From Candidatus Hydrogenedentota bacterium (lineage in GTDB: Bacteria > Hydrogenedentota > Hydrogenedentia > Hydrogenedentales > CAILVY01), in the NCBI GenBank assembly GCA_903837785.1, contig CAILVY010000238.1, forward strand, positions 40,116 through 104,115: a stretch of 64,000 nt of DNA, read 5' to 3'. Shown here piece after piece: positions 18,250 to 28,023 of the stretch. The notes below the pieces were generated by a model. The model was not told where the DNA came from. It did no database searches and saw only the letters and a list, made by a program, of their open reading frames with translations. The translations under genes were made by a program, and so were the position numbers. Position 1 is the stretch's first letter, and every line of letters starts with the position of its first letter.

Positions 18250-19848
18250 TCAAGGATGGATCGTCTTGATGAACACTGGTGTGGCCGACAGGGGAATCTC
18301 GACAACGCCGTTATTCGCGGGGATCTTGACCACGTCCGTGTCGTCCTGGCCGGGTTGGGTGATGAGCTTCTCGACGCCCACTTCCGGCGCGTCCGTCTCG
18401 AGCGTGATTGTCGTTTCGGGCACGGCGTCGCCGGGCAGCACGAGCTGCGCGGGATAGTACCACGCGATCCAGAAGTCCGGCAGGCCCAGGCCCTCCGTGT
18501 GACGGACGCGATAGAGCCGCACGTCCGCGTTCGCGATGGGAACGCGCTCGACGACGTTATACGAATCGAGTTCGTAGGCGACTTGCCGCAGCGCGTAGAA
18601 GAGGGGCCGGCGCCCTTTGACAATGTGTTCCTGTGTGAAGAAGTTGAGCCTGGTTTCAACCATGCCGGCCCAGGCCGCATTGCCCGCGCCCGCGCGGAAC
18701 AGCGGCGTGTTGAGCGGAAACAGGTCTTCGATAAAGCTCGTGTTCAGGAACTCGATGCCCTGTTCGGCGGCCACAATCGTCATCCGCGCCATGTCTTCCG
18801 CAACGAAGCCGCGAACCCAGTCCAGCGTGTCCGGGTCCCCGTTAACAAGAAGCGTGAAGTAGTCCGCGAGGCGGCAGCGGTCCGCTTCGGTTGCGGGGGC
18901 AAGCAAGATGCCGAGCGAAGCGGGATCCCCCTGGCAGGTCGTGGCCGCGCCCCAGCCCACGAACGGCGATGGCGACGTGTCGGACACAATCAACGGCTTG
19001 TCGTAGCCGCGGCTGTCCATCTCGAAACGGAGCCAGCGAATCGTGGCCTCCAGTTCCTGCGCGCCCGCCAGGCAATGGAAATTGAGCGCGTCGAACAATT
19101 CGGGCCGGTCGAGGATCGCGCGGATCTCCGCGAGCGAATGATACAGGATGCGCGGGTCCACCGCGGCGAACGCGGCCTCGTATTCGTCCGGGCCGGGATT
19201 GCTGTCAAATGCGGTCGTCGTTAGGAACGGGACCTGGAGCACCACGACATCGGGATACGCCGCGTGCGCGGCCTGATACGCCGCTTCGAGCATGCCGAGG
19301 TAGTCCTGCACGGGCTCGGGTTCATACGTCGAGAATTCGACGCCGATTTCGTAGTAGCGGATGGGATACTTCAGTCCGGGCAGGTCAGCGGTGCCGTCGC
19401 CATCGTAGCGCTCGATGACCGCACCGACCCACGCCGCGTAGTCGTCCATGAACTCGGGTTTCGGCGCGAAATTCGTGTCGGGCAGCGCTGCATTCGGCGC
19501 AATTGACGCCCAGTCACTTTCCGACTTCAGTCCGATCATGCACTCGGCGAAGCCCGCTCCCTGATACTCCTTCACGAGCCGATCGAGCATCTTGAAATCG
19601 ATCGAGGCAGCGGCCGAGGACTGCATTTTCCCCCAGCCGATGAGATCAGGCAGGAACTTCACGCCCGGCAGACGCGTTTGCGCAAGTCCCTCCGCCGAGC
19701 CCGGCAGGGCATATTCCATGCCGATGACGAGCGGCGTCTTCGCCGGCGTCACCGGCGCCGGAGGCGGGCAGCCCACCATCAACGCCAGCACCGCAAGTCC
19801 AATCAAGGCACCTCCGCGTCGCAGGCAACAGCTCCCCATGCGCTCCAT
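18250..19848 (-). CDS. Lipoprotein, glycoside-hydrolase-like (TIM-barrel) protein
   Basis: A signal peptide with a lipobox-like LMVGC is present. GGAGG is positioned to drive Met4 (19848). The protein contains YYEIGVEFSTYEP and aromatic-rich GH-like segments. Confidence 0.5.
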   Translation of the reverse strand: MERMGSCCLRRGGALIGLAVLALMVGCPPPAPVTPAKTPLVIGMEYALPGSAEGLAQTRLPGVKFLPDLIGWGKMQSSAAASIDFKMLDRLVKEYQGAGFAECMIGLKSESDWASIAPNAALPDTNFAPKPEFMDDYAAWVGAVIERYDGDGTADLPGLKYPIRYYEIGVEFSTYEPEPVQDYLGMLEAAYQAAHAAYPDVVVLQVPFLTTTAFDSNPGPDEYEAAFAAVDPRILYHSLAEIRAILDRPELFDALNFHCLAGAQELEATIRWLRFEMDSRGYDKPLIVSDTSPSPFVGWGAATTCQGDPASLGILLAPATEADRCRLADYFTLLVNGDPDTLDWVRGFVAEDMARMTIVAAEQGIEFLNTSFIEDLFPLNTPLFRAGAGNAAWAGMVETRLNFFTQEHIVKGRRPLFYALRQVAYELDSYNVVERVPIANADVRLYRVRHTEGLGLPDFWIAWYYPAQLVLPGDAVPETTITLETDAPEVGVEKLITQPGQDDTDVVKIPANNGVVEIPLSATPVFIKTIHP

Positions 19849-19989
19849 GGCATCCATCCTCCATTGTGCTCACGCGCCTGATGCGGCTCACGAAAGGAAC
19901 CGGCTCAAGCCACCCAGACACTCACGTTACAGGCCATGCGCAACGCCGTTACGCGCCCGTTCTCCCGCCTCAAACGTGAATTAGCTCGT

Positions 19990-22320
19990 CTACTTCGTCT
20001 TCTTGAGAATGACGCGTTCAACAGAGATCGCATTCGCGGCATCGGGTTTCCCATGCGGGAACGCAGGGCCCTCGAACTTGATGCGCGCCCAGATTTCGAA
20101 GGCCTGTTCAGGCTGATTGGGGTCGACGGCGCTGTCGAGATCGACCTGGATGATCCAGCTCCAGAAGAAGTAGAGATAATAGGACGGACCGATGGGAAAC
20201 GCGCCCAGCTTGTGCCAGTGGTACCCCGGGCCGGGCACGTCTTCGGTCCGGATGAGGCCGCTGCCGGCGCCACGCTTGTTCATGACGTCGTAGAGCCCCC
20301 ACGGCATGGGCAACGCATACTTCCGGAGATCTTCGCCGGAGAGTTCGAGCCGGTTTGTCAGGCCGGTTTCGGCCTCCGCATCGGGCACGCGCTTGGCCTG
20401 ATCTGCCCAGTTGCGCGAGACATCCGCCGTGAAGTCGAAAACGGATCCCGGCGGCTGGCCGCGGAATTGTTCGGGGAGCGGCACATGCGCGGGACGCGCC
20501 AGCAGGGGTTTCAGTTCCGCGTCCATTTCGGCCCGGGCCGCATCGCGCTCTCCGGTCGGGATGCGGAATTCTATCTGCGTCTGCCACGTGTCGCGGCAAC
20601 GCGCGGCAACCGCGTCGCGGTTCAACGGAAACGCTTCCGCATCCTGCCCGTTGCGCGTCCACTCCGAGAGTAGTTCGCGGAAGAGCACGAGCGTCGCACG
20701 ATCCAGGGGGAGCCGCGCGAAACGCATCCGGCGCAGCAGCACCGCGTCCTCTTGTACGACACGTTCAGCGCCGTCGAACAGTTCCTGGGATGCGCGGATG
20801 AACGCAAGATCGAGATAATGATACTGGCGCGGCGACGCGCCCATGCTGAGATAACCCGGCTTCGCGGCCGAGGCCTTCTCGAGCGCTTCAAGATAGATGC
20901 GGATCGCTTCCCCCGCCACCCCGTAGAACCCGTCCGTGAACGTGCGCACGAGCCCGTCACAGTCCTGATACGGGTCTTCGAGCATCTTCATCATCATCCA
21001 GACCTTGAAATCGCGCATATCCGCCAGGATGGGATACTCGTGCTCCGTGAAGACCCCCTCCACGTTGTGCTCTGCGTAGAACTGATAATTCACGGGATAC
21101 GTTTGAACCGTCGGCAGCGGCAGGCCGTAGAACGGCGCGTACGTGACGGCGTAGTTCCAGATGCGGAGGTTCTTCGTGATCCCCGCCCAACTCAGGAGAT
21201 GATCCCGGAACTTCCCGTTCTCCGGATCCGTGATCGGCCGCGTGAAGTTGCTGCCTGTGTCACAAAGCCGCAGGATCAGGTTGTCGCGCGGACGCAGGGA
21301 CTTGGGCGGCTTCTGCGTCATCATGTACGCGAGCGAATCGATGTAGACGCCGGGAAACTCGTCCTTGATGCCGTCGGCGAGATAATTCAGGAAGTCCAGG
21401 AGCGGCCCGGATTCCGATTCCTCGGCGACGGCCATTGCCTGGCAGTGTTCGCACTGGCACATGCCGCCCCAGTCGTTTTGCGACACGTCAAACACGAGGG
21501 GCGCGGGCTGGCCGTTCTTCTCGGCTTCCGCGCGCGCCTGGACGATAAAGGCCTTGAGTTTCTCCAGAAACGCGGCCCGCAATTCGGCGTTGCTCAGGCA
21601 GAGCTGTTTCTGATCCGCATCGCGCTTGCCGTCGATGAGCGAGAACCACTCCGGGTGCGTCTTGAAGTACGGCTCCGGCGGGAAGTACATGTAGAACGTG
21701 TGAACGTGATACGGCGGGCCATAGCCCATTTCCCCGCCGTATTCGGGCGCAATGCCCGAGTCTCCGTCGCGGTTGAGCCGGTTGTGCGCAGCGAAACGTC
21801 CCCTGTCCCCGCCATACAGCATATAAATGTCGCGATAACGGAAGACCGGCTTCCCGCGCCGATCCAGCCCCGATAGCGTCAGCGTCGTCTTGTCCGGCAC
21901 GCTCTCCTCAAAGGGATTCCACCAGTGGATGCCCACCTCGTCTTCCAGGAAATGATACACGGCATAGAGCGTGCCGCGCGGGCGTCCGCCGGCCAGCACG
22001 AGATGCGCCCCGGAAGAACGGATGACCCATTCCTCCGGGCCGAGCGCCGCGAATTCCAATCCGAGTGTGCGCGCAAACGCTGTGGCGCCCACGTAGATGT
22101 GTGGCGCGGCGGCATCCGCGCCGGATTCGGAAATCACCGGAAACCTCTGGCCGGTTGCCTGCCCGAGATACGCCGCCAGCTCTTTCGCGGCCGTCTGTTC
22201 GGGAAGTGTGGGAGCATCCCCCACCACAATCGAAACGGAAGACTGCACGGGGTCCGCGCCGGAGGGCGCAACGCCCGCCCCGGCGGCCAAGAGTCCCGCC
22301 ACAAAAAACCATCGAAACAT
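19990..22320 (-). CDS. Secreted DUF4838-like (GH20-related) glycoside-hydrolase-family protein
   Basis: The 776-aa protein has a signal peptide (MFRWFFVAGLLAAGAGVAPSGA). The architecture and motifs (HWWNPFEE..., DWGGMCQCEHCQ cysteine cluster, WNYAVTYAPFYGLP) are typical of DUF4838 proteins. Confidence 0.55.
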   Translation of the reverse strand: MFRWFFVAGLLAAGAGVAPSGADPVQSSVSIVVGDAPTLPEQTAAKELAAYLGQATGQRFPVISESGADAAAPHIYVGATAFARTLGLEFAALGPEEWVIRSSGAHLVLAGGRPRGTLYAVYHFLEDEVGIHWWNPFEESVPDKTTLTLSGLDRRGKPVFRYRDIYMLYGGDRGRFAAHNRLNRDGDSGIAPEYGGEMGYGPPYHVHTFYMYFPPEPYFKTHPEWFSLIDGKRDADQKQLCLSNAELRAAFLEKLKAFIVQARAEAEKNGQPAPLVFDVSQNDWGGMCQCEHCQAMAVAEESESGPLLDFLNYLADGIKDEFPGVYIDSLAYMMTQKPPKSLRPRDNLILRLCDTGSNFTRPITDPENGKFRDHLLSWAGITKNLRIWNYAVTYAPFYGLPLPTVQTYPVNYQFYAEHNVEGVFTEHEYPILADMRDFKVWMMMKMLEDPYQDCDGLVRTFTDGFYGVAGEAIRIYLEALEKASAAKPGYLSMGASPRQYHYLDLAFIRASQELFDGAERVVQEDAVLLRRMRFARLPLDRATLVLFRELLSEWTRNGQDAEAFPLNRDAVAARCRDTWQTQIEFRIPTGERDAARAEMDAELKPLLARPAHVPLPEQFRGQPPGSVFDFTADVSRNWADQAKRVPDAEAETGLTNRLELSGEDLRKYALPMPWGLYDVMNKRGAGSGLIRTEDVPGPGYHWHKLGAFPIGPSYYLYFFWSWIIQVDLDSAVDPNQPEQAFEIWARIKFEGPAFPHGKPDAANAISVERVILKKTK

Positions 22321-22411
22321 GTGACCGCCCTCCCGCTCGTTCCGTTTGTCTTGGGCACAGTTCGCAACGTTGTGGACAGTATGCCCCCTCAGACGGCGCA
22401 GGAGTCAATGA

Positions 22412-23086
22412 TCACTTCCCGAAAACTTCGACCTCGACGTAGTTGTTCATTGGGTTGGCGCTGTTGCCATTGGAGTAGCAGCGGACAAAACGGGCCTTGA
22501 CGCCGTCTACTTTCATCAAGCGGCCCCGGTTATTCTCGATATACTCCTTGTCCTTGCCCACGCCAAGGCCGGAGGAGTTGTCATAGTCGTTGTTATAGAT
22601 TGTGGTCACGCCCGTCTTGAAATCGGCATCGCTGGCAAGTTGCACCACGAGGTCGAAGTAGACGCGCTTCTCCTTGTGGGCATGCCATATCAAGACGGCC
22701 TGAATGGCGCGCTCCTCTTGCAGGTCAACCTGCACCCACTGCACGCCTGAATCCAGTTCAACGAGGCTGTTGTTCTCGAAGCGCTTGTCGCCGTCCGTGA
22801 CTTGTTTCCATCCGCCCAGCACCGGTTCCTTGGCGCTCGCGGCGACGGGCTTGCCTTTGGACAGGAGCGCGGTGCCCTGGGGCACCAGGAGCGGCGGACG
22901 TTCCTTGTACTCCTCGGGTTCAAGATTGGGACTCCAGTGTTCGCAGGGCGTGCCCTGGTTGGAGGCTTCGGGAAGTTCAATCTTCAGCGGCTCCAGCGTG
23001 TTGGCCTCCGCCGCATGAACGGATGCCGGAAGAGCCAGAAGAAGAGTCAGCGCAACCATCGCGGCGATCGACATTTTCGTGTTCAT
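22412..23086 (-). CDS. Secreted discoidin (F5/8 type C)-domain protein, paralog 1
   Basis: GAGGAGA sits 7-8 nt before the ATG at 23086. The signal peptide is MNTKMSIAAMVALTLLLALPASVHA. The F5/8-C-like core reads WVQVDL...IQAVLIWH. It is about 75% identical to the downstream paralog. Confidence 0.65.
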   Translation of the reverse strand: MNTKMSIAAMVALTLLLALPASVHAAEANTLEPLKIELPEASNQGTPCEHWSPNLEPEEYKERPPLLVPQGTALLSKGKPVAASAKEPVLGGWKQVTDGDKRFENNSLVELDSGVQWVQVDLQEERAIQAVLIWHAHKEKRVYFDLVVQLASDADFKTGVTTIYNNDYDNSSGLGVGKDKEYIENNRGRLMKVDGVKARFVRCYSNGNSANPMNNYVEVEVFGK

Positions 23087-23187
23087 TCGCGGTCTCCTCG
23101 TGTTTGTGCCTGCGGCGATCTTCTGCACATCTCCCAAGCCAACAGACGCGGCGCGGAGCCGCTTTATTCAACAGGGCCGGCCGTTTC

Positions 23188-23226
23188 ATTCCTGCCGACA
23201 AAAACAGCGCGCCCCCGGACCGGAGC
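23188..23226 (-). terminator. Rho-independent terminator downstream of discoidin paralog 2
   Basis: The stem GCGCCCCCGG / CCGGGGGCGC (10-bp perfect stem, 8-nt loop) is followed on the minus strand by GCTGTTTTTGTC. Confidence 0.5.
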
Positions 23227-23257
23227 CCGGGGGCGCAACGATGAATCAGTGAAAGGC

Positions 23258-23938
23258 TTATTTGCCGAAGACTTCGACTTCGACGTAGTTGCTCATTTCG
23301 TTGGCGGTGTTGCCGTTCGTGTAGCAGCGGACGTAGCGGGCTTTCACGCCGTCAACCTTGACCAGGCGGCCTTTGTTGTTCTCGATGTATTCCTTGTCCT
23401 TGCCCACGCCGAGGCCGGCCGAATTGTCCGCGTCATTGTTGTAAACCGTGGTGACGCCGGTCTTGAATTCGGGATCGTTGGCCAGCTGGACCACGACATC
23501 GAAATACACGCGTTTGCCCTCGTGGAAGTGCCACAGCAGGATGGCGTAGATGGCGTTTTCCTGGCCGAGGTCAACCTGGACCCACTGCACGCCCGAACCC
23601 AGTTCGACCAGGCTCGACTTCGCGTAATCCTTGTCGCCGTCGGTGATTTGCTTGAGTTCGCCCACGGAGGGGTTCTTCGCGCTGCTGGTGACCGCTTTGC
23701 CCTTGGACAGGAGCGCGGTGCCCTTCGGAACCATCATCGGCGGACGGTCTTTGTAGTCTTCGGGCTCCAGGTTCGGACTCCAGTAGTCCAACGGCGTGCC
23801 GCCGAAGAACGGCTCCGGCAATTCAATCTTCAGCGCTTCCGTATCGCCCGCAGGGGCATCCGCCGCCAGGGCGGGCTTCGCGGCGAAGAACGCCAACGCC
23901 AGGGTGAGCATCACAAACATCCACAACTTCGCTCTCAT
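23258..23938 (-). CDS. Secreted discoidin (F5/8 type C)-domain protein, paralog 2
   Basis: AGAGGAGA sits 7 nt before the ATG. The signal peptide is MRAKLWMFVMLTLALAFFAAKPALA. The protein is collinear with paralog 1 over its full length. Confidence 0.65.
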   Translation of the reverse strand: MRAKLWMFVMLTLALAFFAAKPALAADAPAGDTEALKIELPEPFFGGTPLDYWSPNLEPEDYKDRPPMMVPKGTALLSKGKAVTSSAKNPSVGELKQITDGDKDYAKSSLVELGSGVQWVQVDLGQENAIYAILLWHFHEGKRVYFDVVVQLANDPEFKTGVTTVYNNDADNSAGLGVGKDKEYIENNKGRLVKVDGVKARYVRCYTNGNTANEMSNYVEVEVFGK

Positions 23939-24241
23939 TCACGGTCTCCTCTTGTTAGCTTGCAGGCTTGCGGCCCGCGCAATTCCATCTACCCCAGACG
24001 CAACTTGGAGAGGTTTATTCAATCCTCGCGCCAGAACAGGGGGGTATTCTAGCAAATTCCGGGGGCCGTTGCACGTCGATTCAGACCTGGTGCACCGAAT
24101 CCCGGTTTCATGGGTGCCTGGCCTCGGGCGGTGCGGCCGGGGCTCACTCCCGGGGTCACGACACAGGACACCCCGCAACTCCTTGTGGAAGAACAACCTA
24201 TCCTGCGAAGCATCCCGGCGTCTCAACGTGTTGCGATGCGC

Positions 24242-25003
24242 TCAGCGCTTCTTGATGGCCAGTCCGCTCTTGGCAGGCGCTTTCGGGGCGGGTCGGCCGG
24301 GGTTGTAGTCCCGCGGCCGTCTCGGCCCCTCGGAATCGGGCGGGTTCGTCAGGTACGTGGCGGGGTCATCGAAAGCGATGCCCACCGGCTGTATCGGAAG
24401 ATACCGCCCCGCGAACCCCGGATACTTGACGAAGGCCACCGAGCAGTCCAGGAAGAGCACGTTTGACCCGCCCGGAATGTGGTTGAAGGTGTTGACGTTC
24501 GCCGCATAGCCCGTAAGGTCCCACATCAGCGGCTGCGGCGGCGTCCCCCGCTCGGGCGGCGGCAACACGATGGGAGTGGTGGTGTAAGCACCGAGGTAGT
24601 CATAGCTGCAGCGCAGGCTGGCCTGCGACTCGACACTCGTATTGAGCGGAAGGGGCAGCCGTTCCCTGTCGTCACTGAAGAAGTTGCCCGGGTTTGTATT
24701 GGCATCGGAGGGACAGATGTACGTTCGGATGTCGCTCAGGTAATTCCGGTGGAGGCCAAGCAGGCAGTCGGCATTGTTCTTGCCGCCGCTCCAGGGCAAT
24801 TGCCCCGTGTTCTCCTCCGCATACATCACCAGCGCCATGCCCAACTGATTCAGGTTGGAGGCACAGCTGCCGCGACGTGCCGCTTCCCGCGCCCGCGCGA
24901 GCGCGGGGAGCAAGATGGCCGCGAGGATGCCGATGATCGCAATGACCACCAGCAACTCAATCAGGATGAAGGCGTTCCTGCGGAATTTCCCGGAGTGGTT
25001 CAT
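24242..25003 (-). CDS. DUF1559-type protein with a prepilin-like N-terminus (second copy in window)
   Basis: The N-terminus is [53 protein letters not shown] and the C-terminus is ...[18 protein letters not shown]. It is the last gene of the T2SS-like operon. Confidence 0.8.
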   Translation of the reverse strand: MNHSGKFRRNAFILIELLVVIAIIGILAAILLPALARAREAARRGSCASNLNQLGMALVMYAEENTGQLPWSGGKNNADCLLGLHRNYLSDIRTYICPSDANTNPGNFFSDDRERLPLPLNTSVESQASLRCSYDYLGAYTTTPIVLPPPERGTPPQPLMWDLTGYAANVNTFNHIPGGSNVLFLDCSVAFVKYPGFAGRYLPIQPVGIAFDDPATYLTNPPDSEGPRRPRDYNPGRPAPKAPAKSGLAIKKR

Positions 25004-25050
25004 GACGGGGACTCCTGGATGAACGTTGCGCCGAATGGGAGGAGCGTGTC

Positions 25051-25503
25051 TCATGATGCCCGCCGCTCCACGTGCCACCGGTACTGGGTGACGGTCCCAT
25101 CCGGCCCGAAGCTTAGGTCCGCCTGAAGCACGCACCGCGCCCAGAGGTGGTTCTCCGTCCCCCGCTCGCCGGTGGCGCGCAGCACATAGTCCCCGGGACC
25201 CGCGCCGCGCGTTACCTCGACGGCAAAGCGGCCGCCGTCCAGCCAGGTGTCTTTTTCACCCGTGTATGGACGCTTCGCACGCAACTCCGCGATCGCCTTG
25301 TCCAGGCCCGCTTCCGCGAGGCATTGCGCCACCGCGTCGTTTTCGGTCCGCTGGCCCTGTTTCAGCGTGACGTGCAGGTAGCTCCACACCGCGCCCGCGC
25401 CGATGCCCATCACGGCAACCAGCATAATCGCCATGATGAGTGCCGCGCCGCGCCGGCGGACTTCCGACCGTGCAGTGGAAATCTGCGGTGTGCTGTGCTT
25501 CAT
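25051..25503 (-). CDS. Pseudopilin-like small membrane-anchored protein (non-canonical: no Glu+5)
   Basis: [39 protein letters not shown]... has a basic leader followed by one hydrophobic helix. GGAGA is 7 nt upstream. Its ATG overlaps the upstream stop (ATGA). Confidence 0.45.
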   Translation of the reverse strand: MKHSTPQISTARSEVRRRGAALIMAIMLVAVMGIGAGAVWSYLHVTLKQGQRTENDAVAQCLAEAGLDKAIAELRAKRPYTGEKDTWLDGGRFAVEVTRGAGPGDYVLRATGERGTENHLWARCVLQADLSFGPDGTVTQYRWHVERRAS

Positions 25504-26039
25504 GGTTGTTCTCCAATCCCGCGCGGCGCGGCGACAAAACGGCGGGCGGTCTGGCACTCCTGCCGGCCCTGAGCCATCACATCAAGCTGCACAAACCCGG
25601 GGCCACTCATGTCGAAACGAATCGAGTCCACCGGAACGCGGTACGTCACGAAGCGGCTGGAATCGAGTTTCCCGTCCTTTTCCACAAGGTCCATTCGGCT
25701 GAGGTGTTGCGGATCCCGCAACGCGCCAAACACGATGTAGTGCGGGCACCCGTCCTGCGGTTCCGCGCGAAGCACCAACTGCGCTTCGCCGCTCCGGTAC
25801 GTGCCCAGTTCCGGCACGACCGCGCTCGCGCTCCGCACAGCCTGGGTGAAATCTCTCTGGAGGTTCGTCACATCCATCATGCGATCCATGGCCTGTGTGC
25901 CGAGCGTTGAAAGCCGCAGTCCGCTGACGAAGAGCTTGCCGCAGAGGCTGACGAGGACGAACATAACGGCCACGTACATCAACATCTCCAGCAGACTGTA
26001 TCCCGCGCGAGGCGGCCTTGTTCCGGCCATGGTGCTCAC
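25500..26039 (-). CDS. Prepilin-type (minor pseudopilin-like) protein
   Basis: The N-terminus RAGYSLLEMLMYVAVMFVLVSL fits the prepilin peptidase motif G|(F/Y)(S/T)L(L/I)E. ATGA overlaps are present with both neighbours. Confidence 0.55.
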   Translation of the reverse strand: MSTMAGTRPPRAGYSLLEMLMYVAVMFVLVSLCGKLFVSGLRLSTLGTQAMDRMMDVTNLQRDFTQAVRSASAVVPELGTYRSGEAQLVLRAEPQDGCPHYIVFGALRDPQHLSRMDLVEKDGKLDSSRFVTYRVPVDSIRFDMSGPGFVQLDVMAQGRQECQTARRFVAAPRGIGEQP

Positions 26040-26464
26040 CTCTTCTTCGCAATCAGCGTGTTCAACTGCTTCTCAACGACCCGCCCGTGCTCGCCCACCC
26101 ACCGCAACGCCACCCGCACCGACTTCAAGTCCGGGACGCCCGGATACTCCATGATTTCGACCGTCCCGGAGGCGCGCACCAGGCGGTCCATTTCCGGCGT
26201 TTGGCTCCGGAAGGGGCTCTTCCCCGCGGCCAGCGACTCAAACGGGCTTCCGCGGAGCGTCTCGATCTCATTGATGAGCACACGGCCGGCAATGCTGTAT
26301 TCATTGGCGACTTTCGCGCCGGTCAACGCGAGCGTATACATCTGCAGCGCCCCGAAAACCCCAACCGTGATGATGAAGATGGCGCAGGTCAGTTCCACGA
26401 GCGCCGCACCGCGCGTGCTGCGCCGATTCCGGCGCTGTAACGGGTTACCGCATTCCATGATCAC
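26036..26464 (-). CDS. Pseudopilin-like protein (GspH/I-like; non-canonical N-terminus)
   Basis: The N-terminus is RRNRRSTRGAALVELTCAIFIITVGVFGAL (basic leader plus hydrophobic helix). A GTG/ATG start overlaps the gspF-2 stop (GTGA). Confidence 0.5.
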   Translation of the reverse strand: MIMECGNPLQRRNRRSTRGAALVELTCAIFIITVGVFGALQMYTLALTGAKVANEYSIAGRVLINEIETLRGSPFESLAAGKSPFRSQTPEMDRLVRASGTVEIMEYPGVPDLKSVRVALRWVGEHGRVVEKQLNTLIAKKR

Positions 26465-28023
26465 AGGCTTCCCATGATTACGTTGTAGATCGAGGTCAGC
26501 GTCAAGAAAACGGCCAATTCCACGCTGAGCGTGATGCCGCCCAGCAAAAGCACCCCGAGCGGCATGAGCGCATCCGAGATAATGCGGACCCGCTTCTCCG
26601 CCTGCCGCCCGTAGAACTCCGCCAGCCGGCCGAAGGCGTCCGGCAGCATTCCCGAACGTTCGCCCAGCAACACGAGGCCGCAGAACGAGGCCGGGGCCAG
26701 GGCCCGACGCCCTTTCTCGGCGTTCCAGGCGTCCCCCAGGCTCTCGCCCTGCAGGATCCGTTGGCGCACGCGGCGCACCGACCGCTCGTACAGGGGGTTC
26801 AGTTCCGAGTTCGCGGCGCTCTCGAGCGCCCGCTCCAGCGGCACGCCGGCCCGCAGCAGTTTCTCGAGGATCAAGGACACGACGGCTAGATTCCGGTGAA
26901 CCACCACGCTGCGCAGGCCGGGGATGAGCAAGAGCACGGCGGCCATCGAACGTGTCGAGAAGGTCCTGCGGCGCAGCCGCGTGATGAGAAACGCCGCAAT
27001 CATGAACAGCACAACCACGGCAAGCAATTGCACCACGAAGAGAATCCAGGCGGCGGTGCGCTCGTCCCCGTTCAGGGTGGAGGACAAGCGTCGCCTGTCG
27101 CCGAAGATCGCATACACGAGGCCCGTCATCACCCTCGCCGGGCCCGGCAATTGCCCCCCGAAGTCCTGTACGATATCGATAAAGACGGGCAGCACCCTTA
27201 TGGAGAGAAACGTCAGAATCGTCATCTGTGCCGCAAAGACGAATCCGAGGTAGAGCAGGTTGGAGACCACCCCCTTGCCTATCGTCAGCGCGTGCAGCGT
27301 ATCGTCGCCCAGCTGGTCCAGGCAGTCGCCCATCCGCCCCGACTCTTCGCCCGCCTTCACCAGGTCGACGGAGAAGCGCGGGAAGAAACGCCGTTGGCGC
27401 GCCATGGCCTCGGAGAGTGGAAGTCCCGCCGAAAGATCATCGCGCAGCGTGAGAAAGACCGCTTCGAGCCGCCCGCTGCGGCGCAGGAAGAACACGCCCG
27501 GCACCGCCGCGACCGCGCCGACGGCGCAGAAATACACCAGCGTGGGCAGGTCGACGTCGCCAAACAAGTCGAACTGGGTGATGCCGACGTAAACGCCCAC
27601 CAGGATGATGGAGAGCATGACGCCATACGCTTCCGCGAGGGCGAAGATGTTGCGCGCGCTCAGTCCGCCGCGCTGCCGTCGCTCCTCGCGGCCGCAGGCT
27701 TCCAGGCCCGGTACCAGCGGCGCGTTGGTCTTCACAATGGCGCCTATCTGATCCACGACGGTGAGCAGGTCCCGGCGCCAGTGTCCGACCGCAAGATAGA
27801 TGGGGCCCTTCCAGCGGGCACTTCGCGAACGATAGTAACGGCCCGGCGTGTAGTTGGAAGCGTCGAAGCGCGCGACTTTCTTGCGCCGGAGCGGGCGGTG
27901 CCAGGAACCCGGCGAGAAGATTCGCGTGAACCAGAGATCGCCCCACTCGCGCACGGGTGCTTCGCTGCGCTTGCGGCCCAGAAGCCGTCCCAGGTCTGAG
28001 AAAAGCAGATCGCGTAGTTTCAT
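26461..28023 (-). CDS. GspF/PilC-family inner-membrane platform protein, paralog 2, with an approximately 110-aa basic N-terminal extension
   Basis: The 520-aa protein starts MKLRDLLFSDLGRLLGRK... and ends ...LMPLGVLLLGGITLSVELAVFLTLTSIYNVIMGSL, which is the GspF signature. The track ORF 26461..28797 is a spurious extension into gspF-1. The true ATG at 28023 overlaps the gspF-1 stop (ATGA). Confidence 0.75.
   Translation of the reverse strand: MKLRDLLFSDLGRLLGRKRSEAPVREWGDLWFTRIFSPGSWHRPLRRKKVARFDASNYTPGRYYRSRSARWKGPIYLAVGHWRRDLLTVVDQIGAIVKTNAPLVPGLEACGREERRQRGGLSARNIFALAEAYGVMLSIILVGVYVGITQFDLFGDVDLPTLVYFCAVGAVAAVPGVFFLRRSGRLEAVFLTLRDDLSAGLPLSEAMARQRRFFPRFSVDLVKAGEESGRMGDCLDQLGDDTLHALTIGKGVVSNLLYLGFVFAAQMTILTFLSIRVLPVFIDIVQDFGGQLPGPARVMTGLVYAIFGDRRRLSSTLNGDERTAAWILFVVQLLAVVVLFMIAAFLITRLRRRTFSTRSMAAVLLLIPGLRSVVVHRNLAVVSLILEKLLRAGVPLERALESAANSELNPLYERSVRRVRQRILQGESLGDAWNAEKGRRALAPASFCGLVLLGERSGMLPDAFGRLAEFYGRQAEKRVRIISDALMPLGVLLLGGITLSVELAVFLTLTSIYNVIMGSL

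Noticed and set aside
20752-21876. 374-aa plus-strand ORF
   Set aside because: It is antisense to the DUF4838-like gene.
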